A stretch of 64,000 bases of DNA. Source: Patellaria atrata CBS 101060 (lineage: Eukaryota). The stretch is from contig MU006089.1 in the NCBI GenBank assembly GCA_010093705.1, forward strand, positions 2,157,561-2,221,560, given 5' to 3'. This document shows positions 49,498-63,236 of this stretch, one piece after another (the first letter of the stretch is position 1; the number at the start of each line of letters is the position of its first letter). The position numbers were made by a program, and so were the translations under genes. Below the pieces are notes generated by a model. It was not told the DNA's origin, searched no databases, and saw nothing but the letters and a program-made list of their open reading frames with translations.

Positions 49498-52400
49498 ATG
49501 GGGCAAAACGCTATTGAGTCGAAAATGATGCAGACGAAGAGACCTGATCACCCAGTAGTAAAGCGCCAAAAAGTTGATATAGACCATTCGCGACAGAATG
49601 GATCCGCAGGTACTTTTCGCGGTTCTAGAATATTTGCGCCATTCAGAGTATGTGGACATTCCAGGAATTCCGGCCCTTTATCCAAGAATATCTATTCTAA
49701 TCATTTAACAGACAGTTGGACTGATATCCCCCACCGAGGTTCCGTTCACAACCGTTCCTCTAGGCAAGACAACATTTCAGATAACTACATCAGTTGGCCG
49801 CTCCCTTCAGACGTATGATCTCCGACGAGGTCTGAACCTAGTCTTTATAACCAGGCCACAAACACCGGAGATAATTACAGCTACCTCAACATGGAAGGAC
49901 CGCACATTGGCCGCATGGGGAGGTCAAGGTCAGGCTTCGGGACGTGGTATCTGGGTCTACAAGCGTGGAAAGAAAGTGGACGAGCTAGAAATGCCCAAAG
50001 ACATGCAGGAGAATGTCAGACAAGTCATCGTCTCTGGTAGCTGGATTGTGGGATGTTGCTCTACCGTTATTGAGGTCTGGAAGTCTGCAACATTAGAGCA
50101 CTATACAACTTTAGTATCTCCATTCTCCCGGCAAACGAGTAGTGGAAGCTTTCTCGCAGGGGGAATCTGCAATATGCCTACGTATTTGAACAAAATCTTT
50201 GCTGGGAGGGAGAATGGCTGTGTTGAAATATGGAACATCAGCACTGGGAAGCTTTTGTACACAATACTTCCTCCAGCGGCAGACTATGGCGCTGTCACTG
50301 CTTTACAGCCAGCACCAGCTATCTCACACCTCGCTATTGCATATAAATCCGGGTCTATTCTTATCCATAATGTCCGCTATGATCAAGTGCTCATGACCCT
50401 TAACACCGGGGCTTCGAAAAAGAGTCCAATCACATCAATATCCTTTCGCACTGACGGCCTCGGCGCCGGGGACGATGGCCGGAAGTCTGGAGTAATGGCA
50501 ACAGCCTCCGCCACTAATGGTGATGTTACTTTCTGGGATCTTAACATGGGCGGTAGAAAGATGGGCGTGCTTCGCGGCGCTCATAACCCTTCTTCAATGA
50601 TGGGTGACAACGTCTCAGGTGGTACAAGTAAGGTTGAGTTTCTCTCGGGGCAAGCAATTCTAATGACAAGTGGCTTGGACAATTCCTTGAAATCTTGGAT
50701 CTTTGATGAGACCCCGTTTTCCCGAGTTCCCAGGATCCTCCACTCTCGTGCGGGCCACGCTGGGCCTGTTTCTGGTTTACAATTCTTACCCTCCGATGCG
50801 GATGGGGCAGATGCTGGCGGTAAGTGGTTGCTAAGTGCGAGTCGAGATCGAAGTTTCTGGGGATGGAGCTTGCGAAGAGATGGACAGAGCACGGAACTAA
50901 GCCAAGGAAATATCAGGAACAAAGCGAAGAAGATGGGCATATTAAGTAATGGATTGGCATCGCTGGATAGCAGTATGAGTTTGGAAGACTTAAAGGCCCC
51001 GAGGATCACATGCATGGCTTGTTCACTCAATAGAGATGGTGGTATGGGTGCCGCTCCTGGCTCTAATCAAATATGGAAGACACCAGTGAAGACGAAAGGG
51101 ACTTCAGAAACGGCCATGACAGGATGGGAGAGTGTTGTGACTGGACATGAAGGAGATAAGATGGCGAGAACATGGTTCTGGGGGAGAAAAAAAGCTGGGA
51201 GATGGGCGTTCGAAACTGGGGATGGTGGGGAGGTGACAGTAAGATTTCCATTTCCCACTACTATATTGTTGAAAATTCATCTAACGGACAATAGAGTGTC
51301 GCTATATCGCAGTGTGGTACTTTCGCGCTCATTGGCTCAGCAGCAGGCGGGATAGACATGTATAATCTTCAATCGGGAATTCATCGCCAACGGTTTCCAC
51401 CTCGACTAACGCCTACTCAAGCTAAACTGTTAAAATCTAAAGAAATTGATAGGGCAAGAATTGGTATAAAGGATGATGACCAACGGAAATTCGCGAGGGG
51501 GGAGGGAAAGCATACAAAACCTGTAACTGGCATAGCTGTTGATAGTGTGAACAGAACCGTCATTAGTTGTGGCGCAGACGGTAAAATCAAGGTTTGTGGA
51601 TTCAATACAATTGTTGATATTCAATCTAACTTTGTACAGTTCTGGGACTTCACTACTGGAGTACTCTTGCGGGAGATTGACTGGTACCCAATGACAACAG
51701 TAACGGCATTGCGCTATCACAGGCCCAGCGACTTAATAGCTTTCAGTTGCGACGATTCCTCTATCCGGATCATTGATATTGAAACTAAAAAGCTTATTAG
51801 AGAACTCTGGGGTTGCCACGGGACTGTAACTGACTTCTCATTCTCTAATGATGGCCGATGGATCATTGCTGCTTCTCCTGATAGCATCATCCGTGTCTGG
51901 GACCTATTGACTGGACATATGATCGATGCGATCAAACTCAACAGTAAGTGTACCGCGTTAGCATTTTCTAATACAGGCGAGTACTTAGCTACCGCCCACG
52001 ATGACAGCGTTGGTGTACATATCTGGAGTAACCGTACACTCTTTACCCATGTGCCAACTCGCCATATTACTGAGGCCGAAGTCACCAGAATATCAGCCGC
52101 AGACGCTCCCACATCATCTGGAGAAGGGGGACAAGGCATCATTTCCACTGCCAACGATAAAAACGCCTCCCAAGATCTAGAGTCAGACCCCGACTCCGAT
52201 ATCGACCTTGCGATTCCCTCCATTGACGACCTTACCACCGACCTTACTACTCTCAGTCTGGTCCCCAAATCCCGCTGGCAGAACCTCCTCCACCTCGACG
52301 AAATCCGGCAACGCAATAAGCCCATCGAGCCGCCCAAGGCCCCCGAAAAAGCACCGTTCTTCCTCCCTTCCCTTCAATCCGCCGGCGACAATGCCGCTCC

Positions 52401-52863
52401 CGATGCTACCACAGTGCTTACTACTACAGTGGAGAAAGGGCAGGCGAACTCCACATCCCGCGTGTCTCGCATAGAGTCCCTCGCTGCGGCCCGCACGAAT
52501 ACTTTCACTACTCTTCTCGCCGCTGCGAACGCCTCGGCCGGCTACACCGCTCTCCTTGATCACCTCAAAGCGCTTCCACCCGCGCAGGCGGATCTCGCGA
52601 TCCGTGGCCTAGCGGGAGAGAAGGAACTTATAAAATTTGTTCATGCGTTAACTGACTTGTTGCAGAAGAAGCGGGATTATGAACTTGGGCAAGCGTGGAT
52701 GGCGGTGTTCTTGAGGGTGCATGGGGAAGTGGTCTCAGGAGATGAGAGTCTGAGAGAGTCATTGCGGGATTGGAAGGTTGAGCAGGGCAGGGAGGCGGAG
52801 AGATTGGGGAGCCTAGTGGGATTCTGTGCGGGAGTTGTGGGTTGGGTGAGAGGCGCAAGGTAG
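49498..52863 (+). CDS. UTP21: U3 snoRNP / SSU processome WD40 protein
   Basis: SRIFAPFR, PTYLNKI, SGLDNSLKSWIFD, YNLQSGIHR, FSNDGRWII, LSLVPKSRWQNLLHLDEIRQRNKP, KAPFFLP. Introns near 49648-49710, 51239-51294 and 51592-51639. Confidence 0.93.
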
Positions 52864-53564
52864 TTCCATTCAATTTGGTCTTTGATCATGGATGGGTTGT
52901 AAATGTGATAGGTATTTTTGCTTTGCTCAGAACAGGTTTACAGCTCTAATGGATTATCATTATATATTCCTGTATGTTCCTACATTGGAATAGAGAAAGA
53001 CACTAGCATTGAAGTCCGCTATTCAAATTGCCATCACCCTTGGGCTTACGCTAGTTTGCGTAGTTTAGTTTCTTTCCGTGCTTTCGCCCCTTTTGCTGCC
53101 TTTAGAATAACTGATGTCCTTTGGGGTCATTATACGCCCTGTCTGTGGTTCGGATTGACAGTGGGAGTATCTAAATGCAAAACACCCTCAATATATCAGT
53201 ACTATTTCCTGCTTCAACATACGGTTTACCTATACCCAGAAACAGTCTCATGGTTGTATAGACCCTTACTCTGGGGAACTACGAGACCTATCAAATACTT
53301 GAGAAGTGGTAGTATGCTTCCGCATGTGTAGCAAGCTTACAGTGAAAAAAGAGAGCAACGGTATAGAGGAATTAGGGGGTATCTGGACGGAAAAGGTGCC
53401 CTAGAGATTAGTAATGACTGGGAGTAGTAGATATGTCACACAAAGCAGCATATCACGAACACAAAGTTGGATTCTGAATATGATGGATTGGGGACGCCAA
53501 ATTTGGTCTAATCGTACAACCCTAGAAATACATCAAGGAAATTGTGCTAGCTACCAACTCCGCA

Positions 53565-53735
53565 ACTATCCCAGACCATCCCCAGGGCTTTCCAGGATTT
53601 CCTCAATAGAACAGCCATGGACTATCTCACGAGAGTCCCCTAGACTGTCCCAAAGGACTATCCAGGGGTCTCAATCTTAAGACTGTCCAAGGCCGTTCTA
53701 GAGTACCATCCCGGGCTACCCCGAGGTCGACCTGG
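53565..53735. repeat. Degenerate ~10-bp minisatellite-like tract (consensus about GACYRTCCCA)
   Basis: Recurring units actatcccag, accatcccca, gactatctca, gactgtccca, gactatccag, gactgtccaa, accatcccgg, gctaccccga. Confidence 0.5.
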
Positions 53736-54040
53736 GAGGTTTTGGAGGAACAAAACAAGGGAAACCCATCGTCGCCTCTACATGAGAGGCAAGTAGATCG
53801 AAAAACAGAAACTAAGCCACAAAGAGATTCCGTCTGCGGCAAGATGCCGCCAACTCCACATATGCAAACCCAATTAAACAACCCCCCGAAATCCAGAAAG
53901 CGACACTCAGAAGGTTAAAAAAAAAGTTGCAAATTGCAACAGAACAAAAACTTTTCCTTGCTCCGTATCCGAAACCTAAACTCTCTGCTGTCTCCCTGAT
54001 AAGGAGACGAGAGATCGCAAAATGCGATCACCGATTCCGT

Positions 54041-56232
54041 CTATGCGGAATTTGAAGGTCCCGCAATGACCTCGGCGTCGCCATCGGTCATTGGGGTATC
54101 GATGGCGCTGGCGGCTAGGATGGAGTATTGGCCGCCAGCGCCGGCCCAAATGACATGGCGATCTTTGATCGCCGTATTGGCGATTTGCGTCGCCACTTCG
54201 ATATCATCGTCGGTTCCCTGCCCTGTCTGGTAGTTGGCAGAGAACCCCCAAGAATAAACCTTTCCGGTCTTAGTTACACATATGGTATGGTCGGGACCAC
54301 ATGTGACATATTGGGCATCGTTGATGCCTGGGACCTCTGTAGGGACCTTGAGGATTTTTGGACGAGTCTGATTCTCGTCCGCGTACTGCAGGTCGTTGTG
54401 ATGTTGCGCAGTCAGGTCAGCAATACGGATACCCATTTGGTACCCGTCGACACGGCCCCATATGAGGAGCTTTCCATCATTCGTGACTGCTGCGGAGTGG
54501 TGCGCACCACCACAGATCTGCTTGATCCCTTTGCCTGACAGAGCTGGTACTTTCGTTGGGGTCTCAACGATTGCATTGGCTTCACCAACGGTTTGTGACG
54601 TGATGCCAGTTTCGCCCCAAGAATTGTTGCCCCAGGCCCAAACATTGTCCTTGTTGTCGATACCGAATGAATGATAGTCGCCACTTCCGATAGCAAGGAC
54701 ACCCTTCTTTGGGAGATTGACCGGATGCGGGTCGAGACCGGTTTCTTTTGTACGCTCAACCATGCGGCGACCAAGTTGGTTTTGTTGGCCAGATCCCCAA
54801 GCAAAGACCGAGCCGTTCTTGTCAAGTGCAAGTGCATGATTGGCACCGCAGGCGACCTGCTTGATGTTCTTCAGGCCTGGGACTAGCTTGGGTTCGAGCT
54901 GAACAAGTTTGCCCTTGTGGAGGTCCTCCTTGGAGAATCCGAAAATGCCTTCATTTGTCTATTGATTTTGTTAGTTTTAACATGTAAATCATGTGAATTA
55001 AAAAGCAACTTACCCTGAAGGTGCCCCATCCGTACACATTGCCCTCATCGGTGACACCAAATGTTGTACTATCGCCTGCAGCGACTGATGAGAATCTGGG
55101 ATTATCAGGGAAACACTCCGGTGGGATGGGAGTAGGGTTGGCCTCTAAAGGATTCATTCCAGAATCGCTTCCAGAATCCGAGCTAGAGCTATCGTCGTCC
55201 TGGTTCTCGTTTATCTCTTTCAACCCTCCATCCCAAGCAGTATTCCGTCCAAGTGCTCCCTGGTCATTCACTCCCCAAGTCAGAATCTGGTTATCATGGG
55301 TTAAAGCCGCACAGTGCATTCCACCGGCAGCGACTTGGACAACACCTGCTTTTGAAGCCGAAAGACTGGGATTGAAACGTGGACGTTTGACATCCACTGC
55401 ATTCTTGGCCGTTCCAAGACCAAGTTCACCATTGCTACCTTCACCGAATACGAAGTAGTCGAAGCGTCCTTCCGGAAGTTCGTTGATCTTTGGCAAAGCC
55501 TTCTTTGGCTTAACCGGAGCTTTCTTACGGGGCTTAGACTCCTTGGGGGCTTTCGTAGCCTTGGCTGGTTTTGGAGCAACAGATGGTTGCTTGACTGTCT
55601 TAGCACGCTTTGACTTTGGCTGCTCATCATCACTCTCGTCCTCAGATGCAGGGTTTGGACGTTTAGCCGCTTTCTTCGGTTTGACGTCCTTCTTCTTGGG
55701 TGCAACTGGCTCCTTCGAGGTCGGTGCAGTCGCCTTTTCGGTCCCAGTAACCTTAACTTTTGCTGGTGCTTTGGCGGGCTCGGCTGGAGGAGCCGCTTTC
55801 TTGCGTGGCTCTCTCTTCGACGCAGCGGTCTCTGTGGCGGCGACCTTTGTGGCTGCGGCTCTCTTTGGACGAGCAGGTACTTTCTCAGTATCTTTATCAA
55901 TATTAGTATGTTCTTAAGCAAAGCAATGGAGGTTAGAGAACAAACTTACCGGCTTTGGCTTTACCCTTGCCTTTGGGTGCAGACTTTGCTGGTGCTTCTT
56001 CCGTATCACTGGCACCAGTCATCTCTTCGTCATCGCTAATATGCTCTTGGACATCGGTGTTATTAACGTCTTCATTGGAAGCGTCATTGTCAGAAGTATA
56101 GGCCTTTGCTGCGCCTTTAGCTGCACCTTTCCTCGGTGCTGCCTTCTTCTTGGTGACTTTGGCTTGCGTATTTGCGCGTAATGGCGACTTATCTTTAGTA
56201 GCAGCCGCTTTGGTGCGCTTTTCTCTCGCCAT
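54041..56232 (-). CDS. RCC1: Ran guanine nucleotide exchange factor RCC1 (Srm1/Prp20/Pim1 family)
   Basis: K/A/D-rich N-terminal tail; RCC1 repeats VFGEGSNGELGLG, AAGGMHC, TWGVNDQGALGR, VYGWGTFR, ICGGAHHS, YSWGFSANYQTGQG. Introns near 55950-55892 and 55013-54950. Confidence 0.93.
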
Positions 56233-57153
56233 TGTGGTGAGAAGTGAAAGAATGTGTAAAGGGTTTGTGAGTTATCGAAGCTGAGTTCGAATAGATGTTG
56301 TGTTGAAGTTACTTTGATGTTGCTTTGATGTTACGTTGACGGTCGTTATATTGGGGAGAGATTGAGGTTGATGACTGGTGAGAATGAATTTTCTTTGTGT
56401 TGTTGAAGACGGGTTTGGAATGGGTGTCGAGGTCGGACGTGAAATGTTCGAGTTCCGGGTTGTTGTGATGACGCGCGCGTCTGAACGAGCAAGTTGTGCT
56501 TCGAAAGTAACAGATTATGTTCTCACTTGAAGAATCGCGATGCGAATTTCAAATAGAAAAATTTGTTGCGATAGAAGGTTGTTGAGCTGCTAATCGAAGA
56601 ACAATCGAAGAACAAACTGTGAGTGATGTTATTGTGGAAGATTGTTCGTGGCGCCCTCAAAGAAAACAAAAGGAAGCTTTCTCGCTTAATATCCGCTCCA
56701 GGGGATTTGCCGCGGAGCGAGAATGAAGCGAGAACTAGCGTTGATTACGTTATTATTCGCAACCGCTTTAGGCCTTTTTGACAAGTCCATGGTCCCTGTT
56801 ATCCTTGGATCCCGCTTTTCTGGCTGCGCTTGCCCTCAAGGTGCATGTGTGTTGCGGCAATGCGGCTCACCACGGCTGGATCTTTGCATGGCGTACACTT
56901 GAACGCGCTTCTTACCCAATCGTAGCCTATAACTATCCTGTAAACTTCAACAACTACCCGGCAAGCCCAATCATCCCCTTAACCCATCACTGTAACTAAC
57001 TTGAGGCTAGCGTGAGGTGTCCAGCAAGGTACTGTTCTTGGGGGGTGTAGGTAGGCGTCATCTACCTGTACAGGTACCTGACTGTTACCTAAAGGTAGTC
57101 TCGAAACTCCCCCATCCTCATAATACTCTCCTCCACGGAACACAGTTGTCGCT

Positions 57154-59104
57154 ATGATTGAAAGATCAAGGAATATTGTCATATCTCTCGTTTTCTTCGT
57201 CTCCGTATCGCACACAGCCCAACCATCAGCTCCTGCGCCTATTGCCGCACCTCTACGGGAGCTTCCCTGGGGCCAGCTCAATTTTCTCCATACTACGGAC
57301 ACTCACGGCTGGCACGGGGGTCATCTTCAAGAGTAGGTTTCAGGCCTCGTATCTACTCTTTCCCTTTGCTGATTTTCTCAGACCTTCCTTTTCAGCGGAC
57401 TGGGGAGATTACATTTCGTTTGCGAAGCACTTGCGCGACAGAGCCGATTTAGATGGATCGGATATCCTACTTATAGATACTGGTGATCGCGTAGAAGGAA
57501 ATGGCCTTTACGATGCTTCAGAACCGAAGGGAAAATACACGTTCGATATCTTCAAGGAGCAGACGATTGATGTAATATGTTCAGGCAATCATGAACTATA
57601 CAAGCGGAATTCCTCCGAAAATGAGTTCAACAAAACTGTCCCATTTTTTAAAGGCAACTACCTATCTTCAAATATCGACATCTACAGCCCCGTATCAGGA
57701 GTATTAGAACCACTTGCCCCACGTTTCAAAAAGTTTACCACCAAAAACCAAGGGATTCGCATCCTAGCTTTCGGGTTTCTATTCGACTTCAAAGGCAACG
57801 CGAATAATACAGTAGTACACACTGTAGAAGAGACTGTAAATGAAAAATGGTTCAAGGAGGCTATTCTAGATCGTGACGTTGACCTCATCGTTGTGATCGG
57901 CCATGTAGCTATTAGATCAAAAGAGTACGATCTGCTGTACCAAACCATACGGACTGTTCACTGGGATACGCCAATCCAATTCTTCGGCGGTCATACTCAT
58001 ATTCGCGATTATAAGATTTATGACAGCAAATCTGTCGCCATCGAAAGTGGGAGATATATGGAGACCATTGGATTCATGGCCATAAACGGTCTCCATACAC
58101 CTAAAAATGACGCGTCGAACGCTGCAGCTGAACTAAATTTTGCGCGCCGCTACATTGACAATAATCTGTATTCTTTACGGTATCACAGTAGAAAAAATGA
58201 GAGCACATTCACGACTGAGCATGGGCTTCAAGTATCACGAACCATTACGAAAGCTAGGAAGGCGCTTGAACTTGACAGAACGCATGGCTGCGCACCTCAA
58301 GACTTTTGGGTCAACCGTGTACCATATCCAAGCAATAACAGCATATTCACGCTACTAGAAAACGGTATATTACCCTCGCAGCTAAGCACAGCTACTCGCG
58401 CAGCAGAAGGCCACAAGGGTCTCGTCATCACTAATACTGGTGCATTGCGCTTCGATATATTTCGAGGTTCCTTCACTAAAGATAGTACATTCTTGGTATC
58501 ACCATTTACCAGCGGCTTCCGATATATCAAAGATGTACCAGTCCAATCCGCTAAACGTATCCTTGAATTACTGAACAATGAAGGACCGGTCCTAAGTCGA
58601 CTTCCCCATGCTAATGACTTACGGAGCCGACAGCTTGGTCTACCGTCACAAATGGACGGTCTTCCTACCTTTTCTAGGTCAGAAGCTGACAACTTCGAAC
58701 ACATTCGTGGTGATAGCCAGGCAGTTCTCGAAGATGACCAAGATCTTACCCCCGGCTATACAACCAAAGATGACGCTGGTACAGATGGTGATGATACCAT
58801 TCACTCTAGCATTGCCTTCTACGATATACCAAACTGTATTCAAGCAGGAATAGGCTTTGAGCTTACTCCGGACGGCTGGGGCTCTACCTTTTCAGCCTCT
58901 GTATACAACGATGAACCTGATGTCGTAGATGTCATATACAACGAGTTCATAGAACGTTATATTTTACTGGCCCTCGAATACTTAGGTGAGAATTACGAAG
59001 AAAATGATACAGAAGCTTATTTGCATGGTAAAACGTTGACAGATATCATCACCGACTGGGTTAGTGTGAACTGGCCTCCTGATGATAATGGGAGCTGTCC
59101 CTAA
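57154..59104 (+). CDS. Secreted/vacuolar calcineurin-like metallophosphoesterase, 5'-nucleotidase family (yeast YHR202W-like)
   Basis: Signal peptide; [45 protein letters not shown]. Intron at about 57333-57382. Confidence 0.88.
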
Positions 59105-60531
59105 GAGCTTTAATTTGCAATTATTTTGTCGAGAACTGGACCTAGACCGCACATGATAAGTACTGTACGTGCTAGATGTAGAACTATTCTATTACCTCCA
59201 AGCAATGTTTTCCCCAACGCTGTCAAAACAAGGGTGATGGGCACTGCACACAAGCGGGTCTCGGCGCTCTACTGAGTACTATATCCTGCGTCAAGCAAGG
59301 TACGAGATATTTGTAAGGTTACCTTTACCTTTGTGCGAGCTTCTCATCCCCGTACAATTTTTGTTATCCCAACACCTCACAGAGTGAGAGCAGACGCGAA
59401 TAATTATTCATCAGATGCCAGAAAGGGCGATGGAGGATCGCCAAAACCGCTGCTTGAACTGGTTTCACATCCTGAATTTAGAAAGACCCCGCTGTGAGGC
59501 TGAACACCGATGATGCTATTTTTAGGGGGCCATATTGTAGCATGGCCCCAGCAATCACACAACATGGGCATGCCACGAACCCGCAAGCGTGATGTTTTAC
59601 TGCTGGCTTCGATGAGGAACGGAAAGGATATGGCCATGTATTGTTTGTATTTGTCATGTTGTACTTGTACAGTTTGGATGGGAGTATACCCGACGGTGGT
59701 TTCTTCAACGGCAGAAGCCGTAGTGTAATTCCGGTGAAGAATGGCAGCCTCATCAATCAACTGGTCATCCCGGATGCATCTGTCGCTGTGTTCCCCAGTC
59801 AGTTTGTGATGGTTCGCAGAGATGTTCTATTCATCTACTCTCCGGGTATCTAGCTCATGGAGAGCGTAACAGTATTCCGTACCTTTTGTACTTCCAAAAA
59901 GTTACACGGCATCACCAGTCCGTAGCGTTGGTTTGTCCTGGCTTCTGGGAAACGGCCCCCACGAAGCTCTGGCCCATGGTTTTGGGACGGCTGAACTACA
60001 GAGCGGGTGCGGGAGACAGACAAAGTCATTTTCCCTTCTCATGCACTTCCTCACCACGTTTCCAAATATTTTACAAGAAATTCACTGTGTTTCCTTCACT
60101 TTCGTTCAGCATACTTATACTTATCATCTAAGCCCCAGACGCGATTACTGCAACTTGGGGAATCGCCCGACCGCTCGTTCAAGTATCTATCGTTCGCTAT
60201 CCCACTACTCTTCTAATTAGTAGGCTGTGCTCGTTCTTCATTCATGCTAACTATAAACCAACTAATCCTGTTTTCAGTCCTCGAAAACAATTCAATGCTC
60301 ATCATTCTTGAAACTTCTCATTAGTGTACATAATTTCGAGTATCCTCTACGATACTCTAGCACCTACTCTCCTCTACACCTTACTCTACTCCCTAGTTAG
60401 GTTCCACCATACTAGAGGAAATACGCACTGTGAAAGCGATACCTGAAGCGCGAATAGACGTAAATTAGGACCTAAACTAGAGAACACACTCTTTCTATTC
60501 CTTCCCTGAACACCACCTCCTACGCCCCTCG

Positions 60532-63236
60532 ATGGAGCAGTTTCCAGCTGCCCTTCGAGCGGGCACCCCAGTTCTTGACCGGCAGGATAGCGTACCTACA
60601 CCTACGCGAGAACCGTCTACACCTCTATCCGCCGTATCTACTGTATCCACGAATGACCGTCTTTCCCAACTGTTCCCGAGATCAAATGCTCCGCTACGGT
60701 CCCGACCTCTATCAACACACACCAACAATGAACCTTCCCAACGTAACCAGCACCCCGCTCCCCTTACTCCGGCATCTCATGCCTACCAAATCCCAGAAGC
60801 TCCTGCTCCACCTTCATTCTCAAATCAAACGGCATACGACGCAGGAGACTACTTTAACAGGCAGGGTGCGCAACCGTCGTTCAAGAGCTCAAGAAAGGGG
60901 ACTCTGTTGAGTAGGCTTGGATCTCTTCGCCCATCTAGATCTAGACACTCAAAATACGGAGTACTTGGGGACACAGATACGAATGATAGCACATTGAAAA
61001 GCCCTAAAGGCCGATTAGGCGACCTCGAAGAAGATGATGGAGATAATGTAGACTTCGACATTAGTGGCTTCGAAGGACCTATCGCATTGAGGAATATCTC
61101 GGGGAAGTTGCAAAGATCACAGAGGGGGGAGAATACCGATGACGATACGCAAGATATTGTTCATGCGGGTTTAACTGCTGAATATCATGATCTTGAAGCT
61201 CGGGGCAAACCTGGGACACTCTTCGGGGGCATGGATACTGTTGTGACCGCCCCTTTTCTAGGAGGAAATCCGGAAACACAAGCACCGAGTCACCAAAGAG
61301 CTCTGTCGAACACTACCACGCCGTCGAGGATAGAGGCCCAGAGAGAAGCAGAAAAGACGGGAGAGATTCTTGCTGTTCCCGAGATTCCTGCAGTTGATAT
61401 CAGTAACTTTGGGGGCGGCGCTCTCGATAGCCATCAAGCATTGAACCCCACAGAGAGTGGTGCACAAGGAGACGCGAAGAAAAGCTATTATTTTCCTCCA
61501 GGTGAGAAATGTGATTTCCTGACAATTCAAAAACAATTGCTAACTATAATCCAGACCCCGATATGCCTTCATGGCGACCAATGTCTATGAATTGGTGGTA
61601 CATCACCATCCTCATCTGTATTGCTTTCGGTCTCGCCGGATTGCAAGAGTATATCTGTCAAATCTCAATGAGGAAAGCCAATGAAAATCAAGGATTGATT
61701 GAATTTAAAGATCCCAAAGAGATACCAACCATTCAATATTTTACCTGGAAATATGCTCCAACTATGATCCTCGTCAGTTATGGTATCTTATGGCAGATTT
61801 CGGATTTCGAGGTAAAGCGACTGGAACCGTACTATCAACTATCAAAGAAAACCGGTGCCACAGCTGAGGAATCACTGAACATGGACTATCTTACTTTTTT
61901 TTCGTATCTAACTCCCATAAAGGCCATTAGGTATCAACAATGGGCTGTGACCCTTTCGTCTCTGTCCACTTTAATTGCTGGCAGTCTTGTTCCAGTTTTG
62001 CAGTCAGCTTCCGTGGAGATGTATCCGAAAAAGAGTGAACGCGTCGAAGGCAGAATGAAATATGTCCGAATCGATCCCCCATGGTCCCGGACTGTGACAG
62101 CTGCACTCTGCTTTGTCGGTATCTGCGGTATTATTCTCCTGTTCCAACTGCGTCGTAAAAGTGGACTTCTGAGCGATCCCAAAGGCATTGCAGGCATAGC
62201 TGCTATGGCTACCAGGAGTCACATTCTCAGTGACTTCAACGGACTAGATACAGCTAATCACAATAAAATCCATAAGCAGCTAAAAAACCGCCGCTATATT
62301 CTCCATAAAAGCTCTCTCTGGCAGGGAGAGTATATCAAGCACACGGCCGCTGACCACAAATCCGACCAGAAACGGCCTGAGAACCCGCACCCACTCATGT
62401 TACGCCTCAAAGCTGGGGTGCCATATATCATATTCCTACTCGTATTTGCCGGCTTCATCCCCATTTGCATGTTCGTCGAAGGTGCCAACATCATTACAGA
62501 AAAGCTGCCTTGGTTTCTTACCGCGGTTGCTACCATTATCAAGTTGATCTGGAGTACTCTTGATTGCGATGTTAGGATGATAGAACCTTTCTATATCCTC
62601 TCCCGCCGTCACGCTTCACCCCGCACTCTTACCCTCGATTACACAGGCACCGTACCTGGCTGGCTGCCTATCAAAGCAGCTATTAACAGACACTACCTCG
62701 TCGCACTAGTTGGACTTGGCGCCGTGCTGACCGAAGTGCTTACAGTTTGCGTCTCATCGTTTAGCGTGGACGGAAAGAAGTTCATCTCCGGCAAAGGCGA
62801 CGAGCTAGATGACGACGAAAGTCAGGGTGATTCCCGCGACAACAGCGGCGAGACCTTCAAATCGTTTTGGGTGTCTTTCGGTCTCGCCCTCGGTATCCTC
62901 CTCTATCTCTTCCTCATCGCCTGCCTCGTCTATTTAAAACGTCGCCACAAGTTTCTGCCGCGCCAACCAGGAACCATCGCCTCAGTATTAGCGTTCATCC
63001 ACCAGAGCAAGATGTTGGTGGATTTCGTGAATACCGAAACGTTCAATAGTAAGCAAATGACTCAGTACTTGGAGCGTTTGCCGAAGACGTATGCGCTGGG
63101 TTGGTTTAGCGGCAGAGATGGCGAGGACCACTGCGGCGTCGATGAGGAGGAGATCTTGGCAGAGTATCAGCATGGTGTTGATTGGACGAAGAGTAGGTTG
63201 TTGGGTGGCCATATTGGGACGTGGGAGCATTATTAA
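60532..63236 (+). CDS. DUF3433-type multi-pass membrane protein (SPRAY-like)
   Basis: Disordered N-terminal exon, intron 61502-61554, then a duplicated module DFEVKRLEPYYQLS...SLNMDY / DCDVRMIEPFYILS...TLTLDY with multiple TM helices. Confidence 0.8.

Noticed and set aside
59535..59555. TAGCATGGCCCC match to U6 snRNA
   Set aside because: No upstream ACAGAGA box or other U6 elements; a chance match.
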